From Eledone cirrhosa (taxonomy: Eukaryota), in the NCBI GenBank assembly GCA_964016885.1, contig OZ024740.1, forward strand, positions 30,132,001-30,196,000: a stretch of 64,000 bases of DNA. The letters are read 5' to 3'. Below the pieces are notes generated by a model. It saw only the letters and a list, made by a program, of their open reading frames with translations. It was not told the origin of the DNA and made no database searches. Each line of letters opens with the position of its first letter. Position 1 is the stretch's first letter. The translations under genes and the position numbers were made by a program. Below, one piece after another: positions 1-15,000 of the stretch.

Positions 1-3000
1 ATATAGTATTGTAGGTGTTGTATATATAGTATTGTAGGTGTTGTATATATTGTATTGTAGGTGTTGTATATATAGTATTGTAGGTGTTGTATATATACTA
101 TTGTAGTTGTATATATAGTAAGGTGGGCGTTATATATATAGTATTGTAGGTGTTGTATATATAGTAAGGTAGGTGTTGTATATATAGTATTGTAGGTGTT
201 GTATATATAGTATTGTAGGTGTTGTATATATAGTAATGTAGGCGTTGTATATATAGTATTGTAGGTGTTGTATATATAGTATTGTAGGTGTTGTATATAT
301 AGTATTGTAGGTGTTGTATATATAGTATTGTAGGTGTTGTATATATAGTATTGTAGGTGTTGTATATATAGTATTGTAGGTGTTGTATATATAGTATTGT
401 AGGTGTTGTATATATAGTATTGTAGGTGTTGTATATATAGTATTGTAGGTGTTGTATATATAGTATTGTAGGTGTTGTATATATAGTATTGTAGGTGTTG
501 TATATATAGTAATGTAGTCGTTGTATATATAGTAATGTAGGCGTTGTATATATAGTATTGTAGGTGTTGTATATATAGTATTGTAGGTGTTGTATATATA
601 TAATATTGTAGGTATTGTATATATAGTATTGTAGGTGTTGTTTATATAGTATTGTAGGTGTTATATATATAGTATTGTAGGTGTTGTATATATAGTATTG
701 TAGGTATTGTATATATAGTATTGTAGGTGTTGTATATATAGTAAGGTAGGTGTTGTATATATAGTATTGTAGGTGTTGTATATATAGTATTGTAGGTGTT
801 GTATATGTATAGTATTGTAGGTGTTGTATATATAGTAATGTAGGGGTTTTATATATAGTATGGTAGGTGTTGTATATATAGTATTGTAGGTGTTGTGTAT
901 ATAGTAATGTAGGCGTTGTATATATAGTAATGTAGGTGTTATATATATAGTATTGTAGGTGTTGTATATATAGTATTGTAGGTGTTGTATATATAGTACT
1001 GTAGGTGTTATATATAATATTGTAGGTGTTATATATAATATTGTAGGTGTGGTATATATAGTAATGTACGTGTTGTATATATAGTAATGTAGGCGTTGTA
1101 TATATAGTAAAGTAGGTGTTGTATATATAGTATTGTAGGTGTTGTATATCTAGTAATGTAGGTCTTGTATATCTAGTAATGTAGGTGTTGTATATATAGT
1201 ATTGTAGGTGTTGTATATATAGTATTGTAGGTGTTGTATATATAGTATTGTAGGTGTTGTATATATAGTAATGTAGGCGTTGTATATATATAGTATTGTA
1301 GGTGTTGTATATATAGTAATGTAGGTGTTGTATATATAGAATTGTAGGTGTTGTATATATATAGTATTGTAGGTGTTGTATATATAGTATTGTAGGTGTT
1401 GTATATGTAGTATCGTAGGTGTTGTATATATAGTATTGTAGGTGTTGTATATATAGTATCGTAGGTGTTGTATATATAGTACTGTAGGTGTTATATATAT
1501 AGTACTGTAGGTGTTATATATAGTATTGTAGGTGTGGTATATATAGTAATGTAGGTGTTGTATATATAGTATTGTAGGTGTTGTATATATATAGTATTGT
1601 AGGTGTTGTATATATAGTATTGTAGGTGTTGTATATATAGTATTGTAGGTGTTGTATATATAGTATTGTAGGTGTTGTATATATAGTATTGTAGGTGTTG
1701 TATATATAGTATTGTAGGTGTTATATATATAGTATTGTAGGTGTTATATATATAGTATTGTAGGTGTTATATATATAGTATTGTAGGTGTTGTATATATA
1801 GTACTGTAGGTGTTATATATAGTATTGTAGGTGTTGTATATATAGTATTGTAGGTGTTGTATATATAGTATTGTAGGTGTTGTATATATAGTAAGGTGGG
1901 CGTTATATATATAGTATTGTAGGTGTTGTATATATAGTATTGTAGGTGTTATATATATAGTATTGTAGGTGTTATATATATAGTAATGTAGGTGTTGTAT
2001 ATATAGTATTGTAGGTGTTGTATATATAGTATTGTAGGTGTTGTATATATAGTATTGTAGGTGTTGTATATATAGTATTGTAGGCGTTGTATATATTGTA
2101 TTGTAGGTGTTGTATATATAGTATTGTAGGTGTTGTATATATAGTATTGTAGGTGTTGTATATATAGTAATGTAGGTGTTGTATATAGAGTAATGTAGGC
2201 GTTATAAATATAGTATTGTAGGTGTTGTATATATAGTATTGTAGGTGTTGTATATATATAGTATTGTAGGTGTTGTATATATAGTATTGTAGGTGTTGTA
2301 TATATAGTACTGTAGGTGTTGTATATATAGTACTGTAGGTGTTATATATAGTATTGTAGGTGTTGTATATATAGTAATGTAGGCGTTGTATATATAGTAA
2401 TGTAGGCGTTGTATATATAGTAATGTAGGTGTTGTATATATAGTATTGTAGGTGTTGTATATATAGTATTGTATGTGTTGTATATATAGTCATTGTAGGT
2501 GTTGTATATATAGTAATGTAGGCGTTGTATATATAGAATTGTAGGTGTTGTATATATGGTATTGTAGGTGTTGTATATATAGTATTGTAGGTGTTGTATA
2601 TATAGTACTGTAGGTGTTGTATATATAGTACTGTAGGTGTTATACAGAGTATTGTAGTTGTTATATATAGTATTGTAGGTGTGGTATATATAGTAATGTA
2701 GGTGTGGTATATATAGTAATATAGGTGTTGTATATATAGTAATGTAGGCGTTGTATATATAGTATTGTTGGTGTTGTATATATAGTATTGTAGGTGTTGT
2801 ATATATAGTATTGTAGGTGTTGTATATATAGTATTGTAGGTGTTGTATATATTGTAATGTAGGCGTTGTATATATAGTAATGTAGGTGTTGTATATATAG
2901 TATTGTAGGTGTTGTATATATAGTAATGTAGGTGTTGTATATATAGTAATGTAGGTGTTGTATATATTGTATTGTCGGTGTTGTATATATAGTATTGTAG

Positions 3001-6000
3001 GTGTTGTATATATAGTATTGTAGGTGTTGTATATATAGTAATGTGGGTGTTGTATAGATAGTAATGCAGGCGTTGTATATATAGTAATGTAGGTCTTGTA
3101 TATATATAGTATTGTAGGTGTTGTATATATAGTATTGTATGTGTTGTATATATAGTATTGTAGGTGTTGTATATATAGTAAGGTGGGCGTTATATATATA
3201 GTATTGTAGGTGTTGTATATATAGTATTGTAGGTGTTATATATATAGTAATGTAGGCGTTGTATATATAGTATTGTAGGTGTTGTATATATAGTATTGTA
3301 GGTGTTGTATATATAGTATTGTAGGCGTTGTATATATTGTATTGTAGGTGTTGTATATATAGTATTGTAGGTGTTGTATATATATAGTATTGTAGGTGTG
3401 GTATATATAGTTATGTAGGTGTTGTATATATAGTAATGTAGGTGTTGTATATAGAGTAATGTAGGCGTTATAAATATAGTATTGTAGGTGTTGTATATAT
3501 AGTATTGTAGGTGTTGTATATATATAGTATTGTAGGTGTTGTATATATATAGTATTGTAGGTGTTGTATATATAGTACTATAGGTGTTGTATATATAGTA
3601 CTGTAGGTGTTATATATAGTATTGTAGGCGTTGTATATATAGTAATGTAGGCGTTGTATATATAGTAATGTAGGCGTTGTATATATTGTATTGTAGGTAT
3701 TGTATATATAGTATTGTAGGTGTTGTATATATAGTAATGTAGGCGTTGTATATATAGAATTGTAGGTGTTGTATATATAGTATTGTAGGTGTTGTATATA
3801 TAGTATTGTAGGTGTTGTATATATAGTATTGTAGGTGTTGTATATATTGTAATGTAGGCGTTGTATATATATAGTATTGTAGGTGTGGTATATATAGTAA
3901 TGTAGGTGTGGTATATATAGTAATATAGGTGTTGTATATATAGTAATGTAGGCGTTGTATATATAGTATTGTTGGTGTTGTATATATAGTATTGTAGGTG
4001 TTGTATATATAGTATTGTAGGTGTTGTATATATAGTATTGTAGGTGTTGTATATATTGTAATGTAGGCGTTGTATATATATAGTATTGTAGGTGTTGTAT
4101 ATATAGTATTGTAGGTGTTGTATATATAGTAATGTAGGTGTTGTATATATAGTATTGTAGGTGTTGTATATATAGTATTGTAGGTGTTGTATATATAGTA
4201 TTGTAGGTGTTGTATATATAGTATTGTAGGTGTTGTATATATAGTATTGTAGGTGTTGTATATATAGTACTGTAGGTGTTGTATATATAGTACTGTAGGT
4301 GTTATATATAGTATTGTAGGTGTGGTATATATAGTAATGTAGGCGTTGTATATATAGTAATGTAGGCGTTGTATATATATTAATGTAGGTGTTGTATATA
4401 TAGTACTGTAGGTGTTATATATAGTATCGTAGGTGTGGTATATATAGTAATGTAGGTGTGGTATATATAGTAATGTAGGTGTTGTATATATAGTATTGTA
4501 GGTGTTGTATATATAGTAATGTAGGCGTTGTATATATATAGTATCGTAAGTGTTGTATATATAGTATCATAGGTGTGGTATATATAGTAATGTAGGTGTT
4601 GTATATATAGTAATGTAGGCGTTGTATATATAGTATTGTAGGCGTTGTATATATAGTATTGTAGGCGTTGTATATATAGTATTGTAGGTGTTGTATATAT
4701 AGTATTGTAGGTGTTGTATATATAGTACTGTAGGTGTTGTATATATAGTACTGTAGGTGTTATATATAGTATTGTGGGTGTGGTATATATAGTAATGTAG
4801 GTATTGTATATATAGTAATGTAGGCGTTGTATATATAGTAATGTAGGCGTTGTATATATAGTAATGTAGGCGTTGTATATATAGTATTGTAGGTGTTGTA
4901 TATATAGTATTGTAGGTGTTGTATATATAGTATTGTAGGTGTTGTATATATAGTATTGTAGGTGTTGTATATATAGTATTGTAGGTGTTGTATATATAGT
5001 AAGGTGGGCGTTATATATATAGTATTGTAGGTGTTGTATATATAGTATTGTAGGTGTTAAATATATAGTAATGTAGGCGTTGTATATATAGTATTGTAGG
5101 TGTTGTATATATAGTATTGTAGGTGTTGTATATATAGTATTGTAGGCGTTGTATATATTGTATTGTAGGTGTTGTATATATAGTATTGTAGGTGTTGTAT
5201 ATATAGTATTGTAGGTGTTGTATATATATAGTATTGTAGGTGTGGTATATATAGTAATGTAGGTGTTGTATATAGAGTAATGTAGGCGTTATAAATATAG
5301 TATTGTAGGTGTTGTATATATAGTATTGTAGGTGTTGTATATATAGTAATGTAGGGGTTTTATATATAGTATGGTAGGTGTTGTATATATAGTATTGTAG
5401 GTGTTGTGTATATAGTAATGTAGGCGTTGTATATATAGTATTGTAGGTGTTGTATATATAGTACTGTAGGTGTTGTATATATAGTAATGTAGGTGTTATA
5501 TATATAGTATTGTAGGTGTTGTATATATAGTATTGTAGGTGTTATATATAGTATTGTAGGTGTTGTATATATAGTATTGTAGGTGTTATATATAGTAATG
5601 TAGGTGTTATATATATAGTATTGTAGGTGTTGTATATATAGTATTGTAGGTGTTACATATAGAGTATTGTAGGTGTTGTATATATAGTAATGTAGGTGTG
5701 GTATATATAGTAATGTAGGTGTTGTATATATAGTAATGTAGGCGTTGTATATATAGTATTGTACGTGTTGTATATATAGTACTGTAGGTGTTATATATAG
5801 TATTGTGGGTGTGGTATATATAGTAATGTAGATGTTGTATATATAGTAATGTAGGCGTTGTATATATAGTAATGTAGGCGTTGTATATATAGTATTGTAG
5901 GTGTTGTATATATATAATATTGTAGGTATTGTATATATAGTATTGTAGGTGTTGTTTATATAGTATTGTAGGTGTTGTATATATAGTATTGTAGGTGTTG

Positions 6001-9000
6001 TATATATAGTATTGTAGGTGTTGTATATATAGTATTGTAGGTGTTGTATATATAGTATTGTAGGTGTTGTATATATAGTAATGTAGGCGTTGTATATATA
6101 CTATTGTAGTTGTATATATAGTAAGGTGGGCGTTATATATATAGTTTTGTAGGTGTTGTATATATAGTAAGGTAGGTGTTGTATATATAGTATTGTAGGT
6201 GTTGTATATATAGTAATGTAGGCGTTGTATATATAGTATTGTACGTGTTGTATATATTGTATTGTAGGTGTTGTATATATAGTACTGTAGGTGTTGTATA
6301 TATAGTACTGTAGGTGTTGTATATATAGTACTGTAGGTGTTATATATAGTATTGTGGGTGTGGTATATATAGTAATGTAGATGTTGTATATATAGTAATG
6401 TAGGCGTTGTGTATATAGTAATGTAGGCGTTGTATATATAGTATAGTAGGTGTTGTATATATAGTATTGTAGGCGTTGTATATATAGTATTGTAGGTGTT
6501 GTATATATAGTATTGTAGGTGTTGTATATATAGTATTGTAGGTGTTGTATATATAGTATTGTAGGCGTTGTATATATAGTATTGTAGGTGTTGTATATAT
6601 AGTATTGTAGGTGTTGTATATATAGTACTGTAGGTGTTGTATATATAGTACTGTAGGTGTTATATATAGTATTCTGGGTGTGGTATATATAGTAATGTAG
6701 ATGTTGTATATATAGTAATGTAGGCGTTGTATATATAGTAATGTAGGCGTTGTATATATAGTATTGTAGGTGTTGTATATATAGTATTGTAGGTGTTGTA
6801 TATATATAATATTGTAGGTATTGTATATATAGTATTGTAGGTGTTGTTTATATAGTATTGTAGGTGTTATATATATAGTATTGTAGGTGTTGTATATATA
6901 GTATTGTAGGTGTTGTATATATATAATATTGTAGGTATTGTATATATAGTATTGTAGGTGTTGTATATATAGTAAGGTAGGTGTTGTATATATAGTATTG
7001 TAGGTGTTGTATATATATAGTATTGTAGGTGTTGTATATATAGTAATGTAGGGGTTTTATATATAGTATGGTAGGTGTTGTATATATAGTATTGTAGGTG
7101 TTGTGTATATAGTAATGTAGGCGTTGTATATATAGTAATGTAGGTGTTATATATATAGTATTGTAGGTGTTGTATATATAGTATTGTAGGTGTTATATAT
7201 AGTATTGTAGGTGTTGTATATATAGTATTGTAGGTGTTATATATAGTAATGTAGGTGTTGTATATATAGTATTGTAGGTGTTGTATATATAGTATTGTAG
7301 GTGTTGTATATATAGTACTGTAGGTGTTGTATATATAGTAATGTAGGTGTTGTATATATAGTAATGTAGGTGTTATATATATAGTATTGTAGGTGTTGTA
7401 TATATAGTATTGTAGGTGTTATATATAGTATTGTAGGTGTTGTATATATAGTATTGTAGGTGTTGTATATATAGTATTGTAGGTGTTGTATATATTGTAT
7501 TGTAGGTGTTGTATATATAGTATTGTAGGTGTTGTATATATACTATTGTAGTTGTATATATAGTAAGGTGGGCGTTATATATATAGTATTGTAGGTGTTG
7601 TATATATAGTAAGGTAGGTGTTGTATATATAGTATTGTAGGTGTTGTATATATAGTATTGTAGGTGTTGTATATATAGTAATGTAGGCGTTGTATATATA
7701 GTATTGTAGGTGTTGTATATATAGTATTGTAGGTGTTGTATATATAGTATTGTAGGTGTTGTATATATAGTATTGTAGGTGTTGTATATATAGTATTGTA
7801 GGTGTTGTATATATAGTATTGTAGGTGTTGTATATATAGTATTGTAGGTGTTGTATATATAGTATTGTATGTGTTGTATATATAGTATTGTAGGTGTTGT
7901 ATATATAGTATTGTAGGTGTTGTATATATAGTATTGTAGGTGTTGTATATATAGTATTGTAGGTGTTGTATATATAGTAATGTAGTCGTTGTATATATAG
8001 TAATGTAGGCGTTGTATATATAGTATTGTAGGTGTTGTATATATAGTATTGTAGGTGTTGTATATATATAATATTGTAGGTATTGTATATATAGTATTGT
8101 AGGTGTTGTTCATATAGTATTGTAGGTGTTGTATATATAGTATTGTAGGTATTGTATATATAGTATTGTAGGTGTTGTATATATAGTAAGGTAGGTGTTG
8201 TATATATAGTATTGTAGGTGTTGTATATATAGTATTGTAGGTGTTGTATATATATAGTATTGTAGGTGTTGTATATATAGTAATGTAGGGGTTTTATATA
8301 TAGTATGGTAGGTGTTGTATATATAGTATTGTAGGTGTTATGTATATAGTAATGTAGGCGTTGTATATATAGTAATGTAGGTGTTATATATATAGTATTG
8401 TAGGTGTTGTATATATAGTATTGTAGGTGTTGTATATATAGTACTGTAGGTGTTATATATAATATTGTAGGTGTTATATATAATATTGTAGGTGTGGTAT
8501 ATATAGTAATGTACGTGTTGTATATATAGTAATGTAGGCGTTGTATATATAGTAAAGTAGGTGTTGTATATATAGTATTGTAGGTGTTGTATATCTAGTA
8601 ATGTAGGTCTTGTATATCTAGTAATGTAGGTGTTGTATATATAGTATTGTAGGTGTTGTATATATAGTATTGTAGGTGTTGTATATATAGTATTGTAGGT
8701 GTTGTATATATAGTAATGTAGGCGTTGTATATATATAGTATTGTAGGTGTTGTATATATAGTAATGTAGGTGTTGTATATATAGAATTGTAGGTGTTGTA
8801 TATATATAGTATTGTAGGTGTTGTATATATAGTATTGTAGGTGTTGTATATGTAGTATCGTAGGTGTTGTATATATAGTATTGTAGGTGTTGTATATATA
8901 GTATCGTAGGTGTTGTATATATAGTACTGTAGGTGTTATATATAGTATTGTAGGTGTGGTATATATAGTAATGTAGGTGTTGTATATATAGTATTGTAGG

Positions 9001-12000
9001 TGTTGTATATATATAGTATTGTAGGTGTTGTATATATAGTATTGTAGGTGTTGTATATATAGTATTGTAGGTGTTGTATATATAGTATTGTAGGTGTTGT
9101 ATATATAGTATTGTAGGTGTTGTATATATAGTATTGTAGGTGTTATATATATAGTATTGTAGGTGTTATATATATAGTATTGTAGGTGTTATATATATAG
9201 TATTGTAGGTGTTGTATATATAGTACTGTAGGTGTTATATATAGTATTGTAGGTGTTGTATATATAGTATTGTAGGTGTTGTATATATAGTAAGGTGGGC
9301 GTTATATATATAGTATTGTAGGTGTTGTATATATAGTATTGTAGGTGTTATATATATAGTATTGTAGGTGTTATATATATAGTAATGTAGGTGTTGTATA
9401 TATAGTATTGTAGGTGTTGTATATATAGTATTGTAGGTGTTGTATATATAGTATTGTAGGTGTTGTATATATAGTATTGTAGGCGTTGTATATATTGTAT
9501 TGTAGGTGTTGTATATATAGTATTGTAGGTGTTGTATATATAGTATTGTAGGTGTTGTATATATAGTAATGTAGGTGTTGTATATAGAGTAATGTAGGCG
9601 TTATAAATATAGTATTGTAGGTGTTGTATATATAGTATTGTAGGTGTTGTATATATATAGTATTGTAGGTGTTGTATATATAGTATTGTAGGTGTTGTAT
9701 ATATAGTACTGTAGGTGTTGTATATATAGTACTGTAGGTGTTATATATAGTATTGTAGGTGTTGTATATATAGTAATGTAGGCGTTGTATATATAGTAAT
9801 GTAGGCGTTGTATATATAGTAATGTAGGTGTTGTATATATAGTATTGTAGGTGTTGTATATATAGTATTGTATGTGTTGTATATATAGTCATTGTAGGTG
9901 TTGTATATATAGTAATGTAGGCGTTGTATATATAGAATTGTAGGTGTTGTATATATGGTATTGTAGGTGTTGTATATATAGTATTGTAGGTGTTGTATAT
10001 ATAGTACTGTAGGTGTTGTATATATAGTACTGTAGGTGTTATACAGAGTATTGTAGGTGTTATATATAGTATTGTAGGTGTGGTATATATAGTAATGTAG
10101 GTGTGGTATATATAGTAATATAGGTGTGGTATATATAGTAATATAGGTGTTGTATATATAGTAATGTAGGCGTTGTATATATAGTATTGTTGGTGTTGTA
10201 TATATAGTATTGTAGGTGTTGTATATATAGTATTGTAGGTGTTGTATATATAGTATTGTAGGTGTTGTATATATTGTAATGTAGGCGTTGTATATATAGT
10301 AATGTAGGTGTTGTATATATATAGTATTGTAGGTGTTGTATATATAGTATTGTAGGTGTTGTATATATAGTAATGTAGGTGTTGTATATATAGTAATGTA
10401 GGTGTTGTATATATTGTATTGTCGGTGTTGTATATATAGTATTGTAGGTGTTGTATATATAGTATTGTAGGTGTTGTATATATAGTAATGTGGGTGTTGT
10501 ATAGATAGTAATGCAGGCGTTGTATATATAGTAATGTAGGTCTTGTATATATATAGTATTGTAGGTGTTGTATATATAGTATTGTATGTGTTGTATATAT
10601 AGTATTGTAGGTGTTGTATATATAGTAAGGTGGGCGTTATATATATAGTATTGTAGGTGTTGTATATATAGTATTGTAGGTGTTATATATATAGTAATGT
10701 AGGCGTTGTATATATAGTATTGTAGGTGTTGTATATATAGTATTGTAGGTGTTGTATATATAGTATTGTAGGCGTTGTATATATTGTATTGTAGGTGTTG
10801 TATATATAGTATTGTAGGTGTTGTATATATATAGTTATGTAGGTGTTGTATATATAGTAATGTAGGTGTTGTATATAGAGTAATGTAGGCGTTATAAATA
10901 TAGTATTGTAGGTGTTGTATATATAGTATTGTAGGTGTTGTATATATATAGTATTGTAGGTGTTGTATATATATAGTATTGTAGGTGTTGTATATATAGT
11001 ACTGTAGGTGTTGTATATATAGTACTGTAGGTGTTATATATAGTATTGTAGGCGTTGTATATATAGTAATGTAGGCGTTGTATATATAGTAATGTAGGCG
11101 TTGTATATATTGTATTGTAGGTGTTGTATATATAGTATTGTAGGTGTTGTATATATAGTAATGTAGGCGTTGTATATATAGAATTGTAGGTGTTGTATAT
11201 ATAGTATTGTAGGTGTTGTATATATAGTATTGTAGGTGTTGTATATATAGTATTGTAGGTGTTGTATATATTGTAATGTAGGCGTTGTATATATATAGTA
11301 TTGTAGGTGTGGTATATATAGTAATGTAGGTGTGGTATATATAGTAATATAGGTGTTGTATATATAGTAATGTAGGCGTTGTATATATAGTATTGTTGGT
11401 GTTGTATATATAGTATTGTAGGTGTTGTATATATAGTATTGTAGGTGTTGTATATATAGTATTGTAGGTGTTGTATATATAGTATTGTAGGTGTTGTATA
11501 TATTGTAATGTAGGCGTTGTATATATATAGTATTGTAGGTGTTGTATATATAGTATTGTAGGTGTTGTATATATAGTAATGTAGGTGTTGTATATATAGT
11601 ATTGTAGGTGTTGTATATATAGTATTGTAGGTGTTGTATATATAGTATTGTAGGTGTTGTATATATAGTATTGTAGGTGTTGTATATATAGTATTGTAGG
11701 TGTTGTATATATAGTACTGTAGGTGTTGTATATATAGTACTGTAGGTGTTATATATAGTATTGTAGGTGTGGTATATATAGTAATGTAGGCGTTGTATAT
11801 ATAGTAATGTAGGCGTTGTATATATAGTAATGTAGGTGTTGTATATATAGTACTGTAGGTGTTATATATAGTATCGTAGGTGTGGTATATATAGTAATGT
11901 AGGTGTGGTATATATAGTAATGTAGGTGTTGTATATATAGTATTGTAGGTGTTGTATATATAGTAATGTAGGCGTTGTATATATATAGTATCGTAAGTGT

Positions 12001-15000
12001 TGTATATATAGTATCATAGGTGTGGTATATATAGTAATGTAGGTGTTGTATATATAGTAATGTAGGCGTTGTATATATAGTATTGTAGGCGTTGTATATA
12101 TAGTATTGTAGGCGTTGTATATATAGTATTGTAGGTGTTGTATATATAGTATTGTAGGTGTTGTATATATAGTACTGTAGGTGTTGTATATATAGTACTG
12201 TAGGTGTTATATATAGTATTGTGGGTGTGGTATATATAGTAATGTAGGTGTTGTATATATAGTAATGTAGGCGTTGTATATATAGTAATGTAGGCGTTGT
12301 ATATATAGTAATGTAGGCGTTGTATATATAGTATTGTAGGTGTTGTATATATAGTATTGTAGGTGTTGTATATATAGTATTGTATGTGTTGTATATATAG
12401 TATTGTAGGTGTTGTATATATAGTAAGGTGGGCGTTATATATATAGTATTGTAGGTGTTGTATATATAGTATTGTAGGTGTTATATATATAGTAATGTAG
12501 GCGTTGTATATATAGTATTGTAGGTGTTGTATATATAGTATTGTAGGTGTTGTATATATAGTATTGTAGGCGTTGTATATATTGTATTGTAGGTGTTGTA
12601 TATATAGTATTGTAGGTGTTGTATATATAGTATTGTAGGTGTTGTATATATAGTATTGTAGGTGTTGTATATATAGTATTGTAGGTGTTGTATATATAGT
12701 AATGTAGGCGTTGTGTATATAGTATTGTAGGTGTTGTATATATAGTATTGTAGGTATTGTATATATATAGTATTGTAGGTGGTGTATATATAGTAATGTA
12801 GGCGTTGTATATATGGTACTGTAGGTGTTATATATAGTATTGTAGGTGTGGTATATATAGTAATGTAGGCGTTGTATATATATATAGTACTGTAGGTGTT
12901 CTATATAGTATTGTAGGTGTTGTATATATAGTAATATAGGCGTTGTATATATAGTATCGTAGGTGTTGTATATATAGTATTGTAGGTGTTGTATATATAG
13001 TAATGTAGGCGTTGTATATATATAGTACTGTAGGTGTTGTATATAGTATTGTAGGTGTTGTATATATAGTAATATAGGCGTTGTATATATAGTATCGTAG
13101 GTGTTGTATATATAGTATTGTAGTTATTGTATATAGTATTGTAGGTGTTATATATAGTATTGTAGGTGTTATATATATAGTATTGTAGGTCTTATATATA
13201 TAGTATTGTAGGTATTGTATATATAGTATTGTAGGTGTTGTATATATAGTATTGTAGGTGTTGTATATATAGTAATGTAGGTGTTGTATATATAGTATTG
13301 TAGGTGCTGTATATATAGTACTGTAGGTGTTGTATATTTAGTGTTGTATATATAGTAATGTAGGTGTTGTATATATAGTATTATAGGCGTTGTATATATA
13401 GCATTGTAGGCGTTGTATATATATAGTATTGTAGGTGTTGTATATATAATACTGTAGGTGTTGTATATATAATATTGTAAGTGTTGTATATAGTATTGTA
13501 GGTGTTGTATATATAGTAATGTAGATGTTGTATATATAGTATTGTATGTGTTGTATATATAGTAATGTAGGTGTTATGTATATATAGTATTGTAGGTGTT
13601 GTATATTTAGTGTTGTATATATAGTAATGTAGGTGTTATGTATATATAGTACTGTAGGTGTTGTATATTTAGTGGTGTATATATAGTATTGTAGGTGTTG
13701 TATATATAGTATTATAGGCGTTGTATATATAGCATTGTAGGCGTTGTATATATAGAGTATTGTAGGTGTTGTATATATAATACTGTAGGTGCTGTATATA
13801 TATAGTATTGTAGGCGTTATATATATAGTATTGTAGGTGTTGGATATATAGTATCGTAGGTGTTGTATATATAGTATTGTAGGTGTTGTATATATAGTAT
13901 TTTAGGTGTTGTATATATAGTAATGTAGGCGTTGTATATATAGTATTGTAGGTGTTGTATATATAGTATTGTAGGTGTTGTATATATAGTAATGTAGGTG
14001 TTGTATATATAGTAATGTAGGCGTTGTATATATAGTATTGTAGGTATTGTATATATATAGTATTTTAGGTGGTGTATATATAGTAATGTAGGCGTTGTAT
14101 ATATAGTATTGCAGGTGTTGTATATATAGTAATATAGGCGTTGTATATATATAGTATTGTAGATGTTGTATATATAGTATTGTAGTTGTTGTATATATAG
14201 TACTGTAGGTGTTGTATATATAGTATTGTAGGTGTTGTATATATAGTATTGTAGGTGTTATATATATACTATTGTAGGTGTTGTATATATAGTATTGTAG
14301 GTGTTGTATATATAGTATTGTAGGTGTTGTATATATAGTAATGTAGGCGTTGTATATATATAGTACTGTAGGTGTTGTATATATGGTACTGTAGGTGTTA
14401 TATATAGTATTGTAGGTGTGGTATATATAGTAATGTAGGTGTTGTATATATAGTAATGTAGGCGTTGTATATATAGTATTGTAGGTGTTGTATATATATA
14501 GTATTGTAGGTGTTGTATATATAGTAATGTAGGCGTTGTATATATAGTATTGTAGGTGTTGTATATATAGTAATGTAGGCGTTGTATATATATAGTACTG
14601 TAGGTGTTATATATAGTATTGTAGGTGTTGTATATATAGTAATATAGGCGTTGTATATATAGTATCGTAGGTGTTGTATATATAGTATTGTAGTTGTTGT
14701 ATATATAGTACTGTAGGTGTTGTATATATAGTATTGTAGGTGCTGTATATATAGTATTGTAGGTGTTATATATATAGTATTGTAGGTCTTATATATATAG
14801 TATTGTAGGTCTTGTATATATAGTATTGTAGGTGTTGTATATATAGTATTGTAGGTGTTGTATATATAGTATTGTAGGTGTTGTATATATAGTAATGTAG
14901 GTGTTGTATATATAGTATTGTAGGTGTTGTATATATAGTATTGTAGGTGTTGTATATATAGTATTGTAGGTGTTGTATATATAGTAATGTAGGTGTTGTA

